A DNA stretch of 64,000 nucleotides from the human T2T-CHM13v2.0 reference genome, Homo sapiens (GCF_009914755.1 NC_060925.1), one strand, 5' to 3'; counted from the stretch's first letter, positions 23,346 through 40,062 are shown. Notes: a model not told the origin generated them from the letters alone. A program made the numbers and translations.

Positions 23346-26300
23346 TATTAAAAGATCTTGCAAACAAATTTTGATGAAACAAGGATCTACCAATGCACAA
23401 GCAATTAAGGACAAGACTTTTTTTAAACCCCACTGGCTCAAATGTCTGAAAATATCTGTAGAACTTTTTTCTTTGGCAAAAATAAGTAACTACCTCTTAG
23501 TTGGCAAAGTCTCTATAACTTTTGACCTTTAATAAAAGAAGAGGCCAGATTATACTAACAAAAAACAGAAGTTTTTATTTTCAGGGCTGCTAAAAGCACA
23601 GACTATATTCAGGTAGTATTTTCCAATGTTCTGTAGTGTGGAACAAACTGAAATAGATTTAAGATTAGAAACCACATTCACCCACAAATAAATATTACTT
23701 AATGTTCCAGTTTCCCAGAGTTCACACACTTAGGATCCACAGTCCACTCATTTTGATATTTCATTGTTCATATATTTTCAGCCCAATGATATTTTAAAAT
23801 ATATTAATTTCATATGATCTTACTAAAAAAAATAGAAACTTATATGTTATCTGTCATGTGAGCACAGGGAGACAATAAATGAGTTTCAATAAAATTACCT
23901 ATAGTGGTCACCCAAAATGTCATAGGAAGCAGATCTTTAGTAGATGTGTTTGTGTTGTGTTGTTGTTTAACCACAGTATTTGATCATGTATGGTAGTGAT
24001 TCTCACCTTGTGGGGTTGGACAGTGAAGGGAAACAGTGATTGTGCATTTCTCTGTGTCTTGAGAGGTGTTATGCAAGGGAGTGCATTGTGTATTTGGACA
24101 GTATAGAGACTAGGAAGTGTCTGCCTGTGTCAGCCACTAGACTGTTTCTTTGTTTTCCTATGTTAGCTCAAAATTGCAGCTAAAGGACTTAACCTGACTT
24201 TACAGAGAACATCACCACTATTGAATGTAAGTGTTAACATGTATACACGTTCCCTGGGTCTGACTTTGATGCTTTTTGACAACTTTAGGAAGCCATTTTG
24301 GCCAATGGCAATAAGCACAAGTGTTTTATCTAATTTCTGACATCTTAGCTAAAGAGCAGCTTGGGGCTGCTTGAGGTAATGATAACACCTCAAAAGAGCT
24401 TCTCCTGTGGCCTAAAGGATAGAAAAAGGAATCACCAGGTGATAGCCTTAAATACTAGTGGTTGGGATATTATTCTGCAGGAATGTGACACCAATCTCAA
24501 GTAAAATTTATGGAAATGACTTGGGTATCAATATAAGGCTCGATTGGAGACAGGGCGATGAGTTAGCAGGCTGCAATAATAGCTCACATGAGAACCAGCC
24601 ATGTGTCTGAACCAGGACAGTGTCACCAAATAATTCAGTGTAACTTAATAGTAAATTATACATCACCTACTCCATGCAGAACACTGATCTAAACTACATA
24701 GGGAATAAATATAAAGACCCATGAGACACATTCCCTATCCTCCAAGAAGTACCAATTAAGTAGCTGATGAAATAAATATACCAAATTAAAACAGAGTGTG
24801 AGCTATGATTGCTGATTAATTATGAAAATAAAAGTGCAGATACCTTTAGCTGGAATAAATCAAGAAACACAGTGAAGTGGCATTTTTGTTGGTATTTAAT
24901 AAATGTGTTGAATTTCAGAGAGATAAAGGAGAGATTATTCAAGGTGGAGAAACAGTCTAAATCGAAGGAAAGGGGAAAAGTAGGATTACCTGTTGCATTG
25001 TGCTGTGATATTTTTGTAGGCAGATATTTTTAATGGGGATGTATATTTGAAAACTAGTCCATTGATTCGTTTTTTAACAAATATTAAAAGTAAATATATA
25101 GATAAATACTTATGAAGGACTTCTCTGGGCAAGACATGTCTATAAGAGTAGAAGACTAGAACCTCAAAATGCAACTAAAAGCTGCACTTAATTTTTCTTA
25201 AAAGTTGATTTTCATAAGATCATCATCACAGTTATTAAGCTTTATCAAATCTTTCTTCATGATTTCCCAGGCATCTTTCCCTTCCCTTACTACAGCCAAG
25301 TGCTTATTCACCGTGGTCATCCTCCTCTCACCTATCTCAATAGGCCTCAGATCCTGTATTCTGCTTCTCATCCCTTCCCTAGAATGCCATTTGAACGCTA
25401 ACTTTCTCACACTACTCTTATGCTCAGAAAAGTACATAAATTCCCTGGTATCTCCCAAATCAAGGGAAATTCCTATGCCTAAGGCAAAAAAATTTCTACC
25501 ATTTTTGTAAAATTTTGGCCCATCCAATCTTATTTCCCACTGTTGACATGAGACATTTGATACTGGTTTTTCTTATTGCCTCTGAGATATATTATTCTCC
25601 TACTATTAAATCAAAAATTTCCCTTTGCCCAAAACCCTCTCTCTCTTCCCTTAAGTTATACTCATTTTTTAAGGCTCAAAGTTTCACCTCCATAAAATAT
25701 TTCCATGGGTGCATCAGTCGTATCTCCAATTAAGTGGTCACTAACCGGACCATTCCGACTTACTCCATTTTCAAAGTAACTAATAAAGTTCCATATTATT
25801 GATACTCGTTGCTCATTGATGATCTTATTAACTTACTGGTTGGTTGATTGACTCACAAACTCTTCAGTAAAAATCCATGCAGTGATATAAATGATTTCGT
25901 TTAAATATGCTAAACTGACTTGTAAAAAATAACAGTTTTTTCAGAAGTCTACATATTTTAATCTTGGCTCTACGTTTTTGCCTTGCAAATTTATAGTAAA
26001 ACTGAACTATGTGGATCTTGGATGAGATCCTAATGTTAGATTTTCTCAAATCCCAAATTAATCTGATATTTGTATGGTTTTAAAAGTGCACTGACCTATA
26101 AGGAAGCTTCCTTTAGGAGTGATTCTGTGTGTTTATTAAGCTGGTGTATATCTTAGACATGTACAGACGTCACACCAAAATCAAAATAATGAAAAAGAAA
26201 AGTGGGCCAAAAGGAAGAGTGAGAAGAAACTATTTCCCTGCTGTCTATTTGGAGTGAAGAGGGAGTTGATTTTTTTTTTAATGCGTTTGCAACTTCCAGT

Positions 26301-27025
26301 CTTATAGGACTATTACCACCTCCAACCCAAATTACTCTCCCAGTCTTTAGCTTCAGAATGCAACCACAGGTAATCTACGAGTGCGTTTGAAACTGCACTG
26401 TTGAAAGAACTAAGAAAAGTATGCGGTTTACATGAGCTGTGGTATAGTCTGACAAAGACCAGATATAAAACTTTTGTTTGAAAAGCAGGTGGTACTTAGT
26501 AGATCTTTCCCTGCTTGCCGGGAAGCTTACAGTATTAAATCTCCACTTGGCACAAACCAACATATTCTCACATAGGGTAATTTTCTTGCAAAAGTGGCCA
26601 CTGAGCATTGTGACATAAATGTCAGGACTTAAAGTTCTACTTCTTTCTAATTTCTTCTACTTCTGTTTTTCAGATGCCAGAGTTTGACAACTCCTATAAC
26701 ACTCTATAAAAGTTCTAGTAATATGATTAACATTTTAAGAGCAACGAATAATGCAACTATTTCAGAAATAATTGTAGTCATCACACATTTTCAGAAAAAC
26801 CAGTTACCACTGAAAATGTTAATACTAATGAAGTGCTTCTGAACTTTGAGAGATTAGTTAGCCATAGAATGTAAAAAATAACTCAGAAAGAATATTGACC
26901 ACAAAAGCAGTAAAGTAGTACTATACAATAAAAAATAAAGTAATATTTTATAATATTATGATATATTATATTATATATCATCATATATTATGATTAATAA
27001 TTTATATATCATTTATATATCATCA

Positions 27026-27630
<605 letters not shown>

Positions 27631-29739
27631 ATACTAAACAAGTTTTAGGCAAGGCAGTCCCCAGTCCTATATCTTTGATTTGATAAGCCCTCAATTATGA
27701 TTGATATGATTTAAAAACCTAAGGTAGACCTCATGTTGGCATATTATTTTTGTGTTCTAACTACTTAAAATATAATACACATTTCTTTTTTGACTTGTGC
27801 AAAGGCAAACTGTTAACCACTTCCTCACTCAAAATGCATTCTAAAAAGTAAATATTCAAGATGGTACTGAATAAAAATATCTTAGGAGTAAGAGTTAAGT
27901 ATTTTCTCACAGAAAGTTCCATTTTAGAAACAGTATAACTTAGTTTAGTTCTGCCTATTTGTCCTCCAATGATTATCTGTTCTTTCCCCCTACCACTCTG
28001 CTACCATTATCTAGGCCTTCTTTGTATCATACCACTATTACTTCATAGTCTTTTCCCTGTTCTCTTGGAATTAGAGTTTCCTCTGTCCAATTCACCCTGC
28101 ATATGGAGCAAGACTATTTTTCATAAACACCAATTTTACCATATATTGTTTTCCATTCAAAAAGTTTTATTGCCTTCCTATTTCCAAAGTAGCATGCAAA
28201 GAGTACCAGATTAAAAGCCAACAGAATGAGATGCTGGTCATAATGCCATTAACTTTCTAGCTAACTTGGGAATCATCACCTCTTAGGACCTCAGCTATTT
28301 CACTGTAAGGGAGTTGATTGCATTACTAACGTCTCTTCCAGCTCTAAAATCTTGCTTGGCTTTGGATTATTTTCTGCATTCTATCCCTACCCTGACAATT
28401 TTAATTTTTTTTTCCTCAAACAATCTAACATAAAATTACCGCTTTATTCCATCTGCTTTCCTTCCTATTCCCATTAACAAAACTCCTATCATTTCACTCA
28501 TATTGACTTTCTGTCTGGATAGGCCCCTACTCCATTTATTCTACCCATAACCTAATATTCCCCAAGACCCATCTCAGCTTTCCATGACACAAATTTCATT
28601 AATCTCTGCATCCAATCTTGCATTCAACAAATACTTGCTGAGTGCCTACTCTGTGCAAAGCACTGGGACACCATGCCAAATAAAAAAGAGAGGTTGCCTG
28701 CACCCGTGGAACTTATGTTCTGCTGGGGTCAATAGATAATGACCAAATGAGCAAATAAACAAATAAGATAATTCTAGAGTATGGCAAACGCTGATGAAGG
28801 AAATAAGCTATGCAGTGAGATAGGGAAGACACTGGCTGGTCTAGAAAGGCACATGTTTACCTGTGCAGAGGGTTGTCAAAGGTTGCGTGAGTTTGTGTTC
28901 ACTGACTGATAAATTAAAGTAAAGCCTTCTTCTGCTTTGCAATAATAAATATTCTTTGAATGGAACAGACATAAAAGTTGTTTTAGCTAAACCATAATTT
29001 TCTATTAATTCCAAAATAATTTTATGTATAAAAAGAATAATCTTTTCAGCAACTCATTACACCCAGCATTATTAAAGCCCTAAAATATAAATAATCCTTG
29101 AGGAGGTATCTCTCAAATCACCAGGCCTACCAGGTCTACCCAAATATTTTGCTAATGTTATTATAATATACCAGGTTAATGTTTCTAGATAACCTTTATC
29201 CTTCTAATTGTTTTTTTAAACAGCGTATTTCCTTAGGTGCCATCTAACATTCTTCTCTTTGGTGCCCTGTCATGTCGCTGATGTCTTCATCCACTCTATC
29301 CTTCCAGCTAAAAACCTGCCACTATATAGGGACTTTTTCGAAAGCTGTAAACCTCGGCCATTCAAACTTACTGAGTTACTAAACTCCAGAGGTTCCCCTG
29401 AGAATTCCCCTCCATTAAATTAATGTGAAGGCAGTCTACCTATGGGGAGTCCATCACCATCTCTTATCTGGATTCTTTTTTTTTTCTTTAAATAGAAATT
29501 ACTCTTTTTGAATTACCTGGATTCTTGACTACAACTTTTGCCTGAAACCTCTCCTGCCTCCAAACACCTGAGTCCATTTCATCCCACCAGAAGACTGGAG
29601 TGGAAAGAACGTGGAGCTGAAAGGCTGTCAAGACTTCTACTGTCATCTTGATTCCACCAGTTGAATTAGTTGCTCAGCCTTTGATACAATACTGAGCTTC
29701 TATCAGGACTGTTTTCTTACTTGTTAATTGAGGACAGAA

Positions 29740-30764
29740 CAGGTTGATTATCCCTTACCCAAAATGCTTAGGACCAGAAGTGTTTTAGATTTTTGTATTT
29801 CTTTGGATTTTCAAATATTTGCATATGCATAATGAAATATATTGGGGAGGGGACACAAGTAAAACACGAAATTCATTTATGTTTCATATACACCTTATAC
29901 TTATAGCCTAACTGTAACTGTATGCAATATTTTAATAAGTTTGCTCATAAAACAAAGTTTGTGTACATGCCATCAGAAAGCAAAGGTTTCACTAACTCAG
30001 CCACCCCTGTGGACAATCCATGGTTGTCTGGCATCACTATCATTCCTGACTCTGAATTTATCTGCTAGCAATAAGTAATCATTTTCTAATATTTATTCAC
30101 ACATCACTATGTAATAGTATAAAATATGACATATCATTATTAATGATGCACTCTAGGGAACTAAGTGAAAAATAATGAAAAAATAATGAACTCTAGGGAA
30201 CTAAGCAGCGCAGTAGCATCACCCAGAATATCTGTATCAGCTGTTAACCGCAGCAACAAACAATGGCAAGCTTTTGGTCTCCACTCATGATGCTATGTTT
30301 GTATTAAAAGGTTACTGTGCACTGTATTTTATTTTTCTAGGTGAGAAGAAACATCAGAAGCAGTTGAAGGACCAGGAAGTGGGTCCTCTAGGGATGAGGA
30401 GGCACTCTGCGGGATGGCTTTTTAAAATGTTTCCTCCAGAGTCATCTGCTTCACTAACAACAGTTTTTATCTTAGACATCTCTCTTTGCTTTTGTAAACT
30501 GACGTGATTTGTTTTTTCTGTCACAAATGCATGCTGCTCTAGTCCTTCAATAAGCCCATCACACATGTTCACCATGTCATCTCTGGGCACTTTTCTGCAG
30601 TGTTAACAGCATCATCATTGTTGTGCACACGCATTGTGACAGCAACCCATCACATGAGGCCAGGTGTAGAATTTTTTACTTGTGGCATCATATCAGCACT
30701 CATAAGGTTTTGGATTTAGGAGTATTTTTTATTTCAGATTTTCAGATTATGGATCCTCACCCTA
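29740..30764 (-). mobile_element. Tigger4/Zombi (MER46-related) DNA transposon, internally deleted
   Basis: TIR CAGGTTGATTATCCCTTA..., degenerate right TIR GGATCCTCACCCT; minus-strand DDMVNMCDGLIEGLEQHAFVTE resembles the transposase C-terminus. Confidence 0.75.
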
Positions 30765-31311
30765 GATCACTATCAACCTTATAAACAGTTTTAAGAAATG
30801 TAAGAAATATTGCATAAGTTGTACTTAATCACTATGCTGGGCAGTTAGTAGACATCCAAATTTGTCTACTTAAAAATCTCATCAGAACATTTAATTTCTC
30901 CATCTAGGAAAACCTGTTCAGCACCACAAATAACGTACACAATCAACTCCAAACCTACTAGCAGGCTCTTCTCATTTTGGCTCTCAACTTCCTTTTCTAG
31001 CTTTCTTTCATAGTTTCTTAACGATCCTCCTCACCCTCCACTAACGCACTCTGGCCTGCCACCAAGCAGACATCTCACTATTCCTTGACAGCAACAGCTT
31101 CCCAGGCAGCTCCATACCTTTAGCCCTTTGCATGTGCTGTTTTCTTGCCTGAAATGCCCTTTTCTTCTCTGATTGATACTTTTGTTTTTCAAATCCTTGA
31201 TAAAATTTGACTTCTGCAAAATTTCACAGATGAACCCTAGAGAATGAATACTTTCTTCTTCTGGTTGCCTGCATTGTTTTGTTCATACTTCCATGATAGC
31301 ATTTTTATTGA

Positions 31312-31739
<428 letters not shown>

Positions 31740-31865
31740 GTTTGTTATTTTTTAACATTTAAAATATAGGCTCTAGGGAAGGAGTTCTGGACCTGTCCAT
31801 AGACCTTTTAGTGGTCTCTGCCCTTGGATAAGAAAAAAATTACACATTCTTTTTTCTAACCCCTA

Positions 31866-32313
<448 letters not shown>

Positions 32314-32459
32314 CTACCACAAACAGAATTTTCAGATCTTTTCACATTACAATTGTTAAAGATTGTTATTTCCAACCTTCAATAGTAACTAGATCTGAAA
32401 ATAAATCTTGTTTAAAGTGTTAATAAAGTACAAACAGTATATTGCTCTATCATAGTTTT

Positions 32460-34820
32460 TTAATTAAATGTTTTATTTTGAAATAATTGTAGATTCTCAG
32501 GCAGTTGCAAAAAAAAAAAAAAAAGATAGATCCTGCGTACTCGCTACTCACTTTTCCCAGGTGATAACATCTTGAAAAACTATAGTAAAATATCAGAACT
32601 AGGATCTTAATACTGATATGGTCAAGATATACAGAACATTTTCATCACCACAAGGATCCCATGTGTTGCACTTTTATAGCCTCACATACTTCCCTCCCAT
32701 CCCATACCATCCTTAAACCCTGGCAACCACTAATCTCCTCTCCATTTCTACAATTTTGTCATTTCTCAGATGTTATTGATATGGAATCCTACAGTATGTA
32801 ACATTTTGTGATGACCTTTCCACTCAGCACAACTCTCTGGAGATTCATTCAAGATGTTGCATGTATCAGTGGCTTGTTCCTTTTACTGCTGACTAGTATT
32901 CCATAGTGTGACTATACTACAGGTTGTTTAACCCATTGAAAAACATCTGGACTGCCTCAGTTTTGGCTATTACAAATTAAACTATTATAAACTTTCATGT
33001 ACATGTTGCCGTGTCAACATAAGTTTCCACTTCTCTGGAATAACTGCCCGGGAGTACAATGGCTAGGTCATACACTAGTTGCATATTTAGTTTTATGAGA
33101 AAACCACCAAACTTTTTCAGAGTGGCTCTGTACCATTTTACATTCTCACCAGCAATGTATTTATGAGTGATCGAGGTTTTGCCCATCCTCAGAGCAGTTT
33201 GTGTTAATGGTGATATGTCTGTTCATATCTTTTGTCCATTTTCTAATTGGATTATTTATTTTACTGTTGAGACTTGAGTGTTTTTTATATTTTCTACATA
33301 CAAGTCCTTCATCAGATATGTGGTTTGCATTTTCTGCCCAACCTATAGCTTGTTTCTTTATCCTTTTAACAGAGCAAAAGTTTTTAATTTCAATGAACTC
33401 CAATTTATTAATTTTTCCTTGTATGAATCATGCTTCTAATGTCAAGCTTAAGAACTCTTTGTCTAGCCCTAGGTCCAAAATATTTTTGGATGTTTTCCTT
33501 TGTCTTTAGTTTTAGAAGTGTGATCATGAGGTGTCTTAATGTAGATTTCTGAGTTTATCCTTTTTGAGATTTACTTGCCTCCTTGAATATGTAGGTTTAG
33601 CTCTCTTGCCAACTTTGGAAGTTTTCAGCCATTAATTTTTTTGGTTCTTTTCCAGACCCACTCTCTTTTTCCTTTCCTTTCAGAAGTCTAGTGACAAAAT
33701 TGTTAGGATTTTTTTTGCTGTAGTCTCAGAGGTCTCTGAGGCTTTGTATATTTTTTCAGTCTATTTTCTCTTTTTTTCAGATTGGGTAATTTCTACCTTA
33801 TCTTCAATGTTACTAACTGCTTCCTCTGTTTCATCTATTCTGATGTTAGGTCCATTCATCAAGTATTTTTATGTAAGTTATTGTATTTTTCAGTTCCCAT
33901 TTTCCCATTTGGTTGCTTATCTCTTCTACGTCTTTGTTGAGACTTCCTATTTCTTTGCTTACATTTTCTATTTTTTCATTTGTTTTAAGTATGTTTGTAT
34001 TTGTTTATTAAAGTATTTTTATAATGGCTTCTTTGAAATCTTTGTCATATAATTCTAATATCTTTATCATGTCAGTGTTGGCATCTACTGATTGTCTTGT
34101 TTCATTCAACTTGATATTTTCTTTGTTCTTAATATGCCAAGTGATTTTCTATTAAAACTTGAAATTTTTGAGTATTTTATGATGAGACCTTGGATCATAT
34201 TTAAACTTCTGTTTTAGCTGGCTTCATTTGATGCTACTTCAGCAGAAGGGGGATGCTGCCTTATTTTTTCAGGTGGGATATAAGTCCAGGTTTGTTTGGC
34301 CTTTATTGATACCCAATAGGAAGAGATTCTCCTTTTTACTTTTTGACAGGGGTGAGAATTTCAGCTTCCCAGCAGGTTGCCACTGATGGTCATGTGTCTT
34401 ACAGCTTGACAAAGGTAGAAGATTATACTCCCCACTCAGCCTTTACTGGCTTAGGTGGAGGTGGACATTTATTGTTTAAAAGTATCTGTCTTGCTAGGCT
34501 TCCCCTTTCCTAGTTCTTTGGCTGAAGAAAAAAGACTTTTCTTCGGGGACTTTTTTTTCTGTTTTCCTGGGCTATTGTGGATTGCCAGTTTTTTGGCTCC
34601 AAGTCTGAGAAATATAAGGCAAAAAGACAGTCTAAGGAACTTACCACCATATCATTCATTGGGACCCAAAGTCTCCAACCAGTCCTTCTACCTCTCTACA
34701 TTTTCTTGAGTTTTTAATATTTGTTTCATACATAATATGCAGGGTTTTTAGTTGAAATTAGTGGGAGAAATAAGGAAAGATATGTCTATTCCATCTTCCA
34801 AAAAGTAGAAGTCTTCTCTA
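32460..34820 (-). mobile_element. Old L1M fragments (antisense)
   Basis: T-rich antisense L1; minus ORFs EFIEIKNFCS, NNPIRKWTKDMNRH, YDLAIVLPGSY. Confidence 0.8.
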
Positions 34821-37249
34821 TTACCATTTTTAATAGTTTGATTACTATATTTCAGTATAACTGGTTTCCTTTGCAATCCCATAAATTTTGTTTATGCATT
34901 TACAAACAATTTTCTGAGAATCACCACATAGCCATCAAGGTCCATGGCATGGAACCACCATGAGCCATTTTAGAGAAAAATATTAAAAGCTTGAGACCAG
35001 AAAGAAGCAGCAAAGAATTATATTCCAAGATGAAGCAATGGGCACAACTCCCTTCTTTAGAGCACACGTTGGCTTTCTAACTTCCAGGTACCCTCTCTAA
35101 CCCCCCGAGGGTCACATGGAGAAGAGTAACTAGAGCTAGATTGATGACTTGGAGAGGAGTAGGGAGCCATCTATTGTCTTATTGTCTTGCAAGGCTGTTG
35201 CCTTGGTGGCCCAAGCCTACAAACCATCCTCAAAACTCAGAGATCACCACCTGTCACCCCACTTGAGAAGTAAAGTTAACCATTCATCCATCACTTTGGG
35301 TATGGGCTTTCCATTCCCCAGGATAGCCCCTTCTTAATTTCCACTACATTGGAAATCCCCTTTCAATGGCCCAGAATATTCATAGGCATGCCTTCCACTC
35401 TGACAGGAGATACAGGTGTTTGTCATCCTGGTGGCAAGTGGTGAAGCAGCAGGGAAAACTCATACACCAGGACATGAGAGGGACTATTCACCCATTTTGC
35501 ATTTAAATGTGTATCTACTCTTTCATTAGATGGTGAATTCCTCAGAGGAAATGAACTATGTTTCATTTTTTCCTTTTATTTTCAGTGTTTAGCAGAGTAT
35601 AAAGCACATGGCAGATGCCTAATCAATGTTACTAAATGAACAAATAAGTCTATACTGCAGAAAAATGGTATATTTAGGATTTATCAAATACCTCATGTTT
35701 GCGTATTTCTATTTTAATTAAAAAAAGCATTCTTAGATTATTTAAAACAACTATTACTAGTTATTTCTTGGGCTGTAACATTTCTAGTATCTTCTTACTT
35801 ATCTACTACTACTAATCTGAATTTGGACAACAAAATGTATGCACATTTTCTCTATTTCACAGACCATCTGGCACAGATGTCATGCATGTTGCTACCTCAT
35901 AGATATGTTAATGAGTGACACAAAGTTTCCAGGTCCAGTCACAAAAATGCCATTTCCCTCCTCCACTTCCTTACCCACATTCAAAAGGCCAAGGTAAACA
36001 CGTCCTGGGGCAACAGTCTGGAGAGTATAACCCTAGAAATAAAATGGATTCAGATAAATTCCAGAGTGATCTGCCAGTGACTAATGGTAATATCTTTAGT
36101 TAGCCAGAGTTCAAAAATACAAAAAGATAAAAATCTTGAGTGCAATCTCATAAATCTTTAACCCATGTAGCCCTACTCCATAGCAAAGTCTTCTTGAAAG
36201 CAAATAATGATTTAAAAAATTAACTTCTTATGTTAACTAGCTACCCAGATAAGTTCAAGAAATGGAATGAACATTATCCAGGAATTGAAAGGAAATGACT
36301 AAGAGTTAGGAAATGGTACCAGCATCAAGTATGACAACTTGTAAAGAAGGGTGACATTCCACACCTCCTATCTGGGTAGGGTTTACAGGACATCCTATGA
36401 ACTGTCATAAAAGATAAATCTGGGTTTGTCTTACTAAAGCCAATGACAAAGACAGCTTGGCAGTGAAACTGACAGCTAATACTGTGAGTGAGGCCGCTGA
36501 CGACAGTAATGAATGAATAACCTGTCCGGAACTCTTCATCAGTGAGATGAGAACCATGGAAGAGTTAATAGATCCAGTCAGGTTTCAGAGGGCACACCTT
36601 CTGCACAGCCCAGATAGATAAGAAAAGAGGATTTTTAAGGTAGATGATTTGATTTCTATGCTTAAATAAAAATAGATTTGTGGTTTGAATTACAATAAAA
36701 CAAAAATGGAAGTAAACAAAGTTTTGATAAAATACAAAACACATTTTAGATATATTATAAGCACAGTGCATACAAAACACAGATATTTATAAAGTTAGTT
36801 GTCAATACAAGTCCATATTACTTGTTAAGAGGAAATTCTGTGGCACGTACAGTAAGTGCTGATATCAGGAATGCTTTGATAAAGAAGTTTGGGTATAGGC
36901 AGGTCACTCAACATACTTTTCTATAGAAGCTAGGCAGCATTATTTTAGATTTGAGGAGAAAGTATTGCTTTAAAAATTATGTATTAACTTCCAATAGAAA
37001 AATCAGTAATTAAGTCAAAGTGGAGTTAGGCATTTAAATAGGCATCAAGGCAAATTAGTATTGATAACTTCTTTTCAATTTTAAATAGAAAAATTATTTT
37101 AATTGGCTTTATAAATGTACTTATTTAAATACTGCAGCCAAGAATGCAGTTTTAAATGACCATCTGGCTAGCACTCCTTGAGGCAGTATCTCACGATGCT
37201 TCCTAAAGTTTCTGTGAATAATTTTTTTTAAAAAAGCAAAACAGCCACC

Positions 37250-39640
37250 CGAATCCAGCAGCACATCAAAAACCTATCCACCACAATCAAGTTGGCTTTA
37301 TCCCTGGGTTGCAAGGCTGGTTCAACATACACAAATCAATAAATGTAATCCATCACATAAACAGAACCAATGACAAAAACCACATGATTATCTCAATAGA
37401 TGCAGAAAAGGCCTTCGATAAAATTCAACACCACATCATGCTGAAAACTAGGTATTGATGGAATGTATCTCAAAATAATAAGAGCTATTTATGACAAATC
37501 CACAGCCAATATCTGAATGGGCAAAAACTGGAAGCATTCCCTTTGAAAACCAGCACAAGACAAGGATGCCCTCTCTCTCCACTCCTATTCAACATAGTAT
37601 TGCAAGCTCCGGCCAGGTCACTCAGGAAAGAGAAAGAAATAAAGGGTTTTCAAATAGGAAGAAAGGAAGTCAAATTGTCTCTGTTTGCAGATGACATGAT
37701 TGTATATTTAGAAAACCCCATTGTCTCAGCCCCAAATCTCTTTAAGCTGACAAGCAACTTCAGCAAAATCTCAGGATACAAAATCAGTGTGCAAAAATCA
37801 CAAGCATTCCTATACACAAATAACAGACAAACAGAGAGCCAAATCATGAGTGAACTCCCATTCACAATTGCTACAAAGAGAATAAAATACCTAGGAATAC
37901 AACTTACAAGGGATGTGAAGGACCTCTTCAAGGAGAACTACAAACCACTGCTCAAGGAAATAAGACAGGACACAAACAAATGGAAAAATATTCCATGCGC
38001 ATGGATAGGAAGAATCAATATCATGAAAATGGCCATAATGCCCAAAGTAATGTATAGATTCAATGGTATCCCCATCATGCTACCATTGACTTTCTTCACA
38101 GAATTAAAAAAAACTACTTTAAATTTCATATGGAACCAAAAAAGAGCCCATATAGCCAAGACGATCCTAAGCAAAAAGAACAAAGCTGGAGGCATCATGC
38201 TACCTGACTTCAAACTACACTACAAGGCTATAGTAACCAAAAACAGCATGGTACTGGTACCAAAACAGATATATAGACCAATGGAACGGAACAGAGGCAT
38301 CAGAAATAATGCCACACATCTACAACCATCTGATCTTTGACAAACCTGACCAAAACAAGCAATGGGGAAAGGATTCCCTATTTAATAAATAGTGTTGGGA
38401 AAACTGGTTAGCCATATGCAGAAAACTGAAACTGGATCCATTCCTTACACCTTATACAAAAATTAACTCAAGATTGATTAAAGACTTAAACGTAAGACCT
38501 AAAACCATAAAAACCCTAGAAGAAAACCTAGGCAACATCATTGAGGACATAGGCATGGGCAAAGACTTCATGACTAAAACACCAAAAGAAATGGCAACAA
38601 TGGCCAAAATAGACAAATGGGATCTAATTAAACTAAAACCCTTCTGCACAGCAAAACAAACTATCATCAGAGTGAACAGGCAACGTATAGAATGGGAAAA
38701 AATTTTTGCAATCTACCCATCTGACAAAGGGCTAATATCCAGAATCCACAAGGAACTTAAACAAATTTACAAGAAAAAAACAAACAACCCCATCAAAAAG
38801 TGGGCAAAGGATATGAACAGACACTTCTCAAAACAAGACATTTATGTGGCCAACAACCATATGGAAAAAAGCTCATCATCATTGGTCATTAGAGAAATGC
38901 AAATCAAAACCACAGTGAGATACCATCTCATGCCAGTTAGAATGGCGATCATTAAAGAGTCAGGAAACAACAGATGCTGGAGAGGATGTGAAGAAATAGA
39001 AATGCTTTTACACTGTTGCTGGGAGTGTAAATTCGTTCAACCATTGTGGAAGACAGTGTGGCAATTCCTCAAGGATCTAGAACCAGAAATACCATTTGAC
39101 CCAGCAATCCCATTACTGGGTATATACCCAAAGGATTTTAAATCATTCTACTATAAAGAAACATGCACATGTATGTTTATTTCAGTACTGTTCACAATAG
39201 CAAAGACTTGGAACCAATCCAAATGCCCATCAATAATAGACTGGAAAATGAAAATGTGGCACATATACCCCATGGAATACTATGTGGCCATAAAAAAGGA
39301 TGAGTTCATGTCCTTTTCAGGGACATGGATGAAACTGGAAACCATCATTCTCAGCAAACTAACACAGGAACAGAAAACCAAACACCACGTGTTCTCACTC
39401 ATAAGTGGGAGTTGAACAATGAGAATACATGGACACAGGGAGGGGAACATCACACGCTGGGCCTGTTGGGCAGTGGGGAGCTAGGGGAGGGATAGCATTA
39501 GGAGAAATACCTAATGTAGATGACAGGTTGATGGGTGCAGCAAACCACCATGGCATGTGTATACCTATGTAACAAACCTGCACGTTCTACACATGTATCC
39601 CAGAACTTAAAGTATAATAATAATAATAATAATAATAATG
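37250..39640 (+). mobile_element. L1PA (about L1PA7/8-age), 5'-truncated ~2.4 kb, dead ORF2 RT/C-terminus
   Basis: [32 protein letters not shown] motifs; frameshifts and stops; 3'UTR and (TAA)n tail; TSD core GCAAAACA on both sides. Confidence 0.96.
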
Positions 39641-39962
39641 CAAAACACTAAAACCTATGATTGACAGGCAATTTATTACAAGCTTCTGAGAGGAAATTCT
39701 GCTATTCTAATGCCCCATGCAGCTGATTTAGGAATCACAGTCTTTTGATGATACATGGTTTATAACCTGAAAAAGAAGAAAACTGCCTGCAGAGAAGTAG
39801 AGATTTTCTTTGTGCCTGCCTTTCAGCACGGAAACCAGCGTACTGTTTTCTGAGGTTGCTAGGATACTATTCCCCAGTACTCCCCTCAGTTACCTCTCTC
39901 TACAGACACAGGCAGAGACTGCAACCCTTCTCACCCACACTCTTCCTTCTTCATGAAAAATC

Positions 39963-40062
39963 GAGAAAGAAGAAAAGGAAAGAAAGAGGAAGGAAGGAAG
40001 GGAGGGAGGGAAGGAGGGAGGGAGGGAGGGAGGGAGGAAGGGAGGGAGGGACGGAAGGAAGA
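39963..40062 (+). repeat. Polypurine (GGAA)n/(GGGA)n repeat
   Basis: Directly visible; G4/triplex-capable. Confidence 0.9.

Noticed and set aside
37543-39415. Longest ORFs in the track (265 aa and 313 aa) as a novel reverse-transcriptase gene
   Set aside because: They are frameshifted pieces of L1 ORF2 in a 5'-truncated L1PA with 3'UTR and tail.
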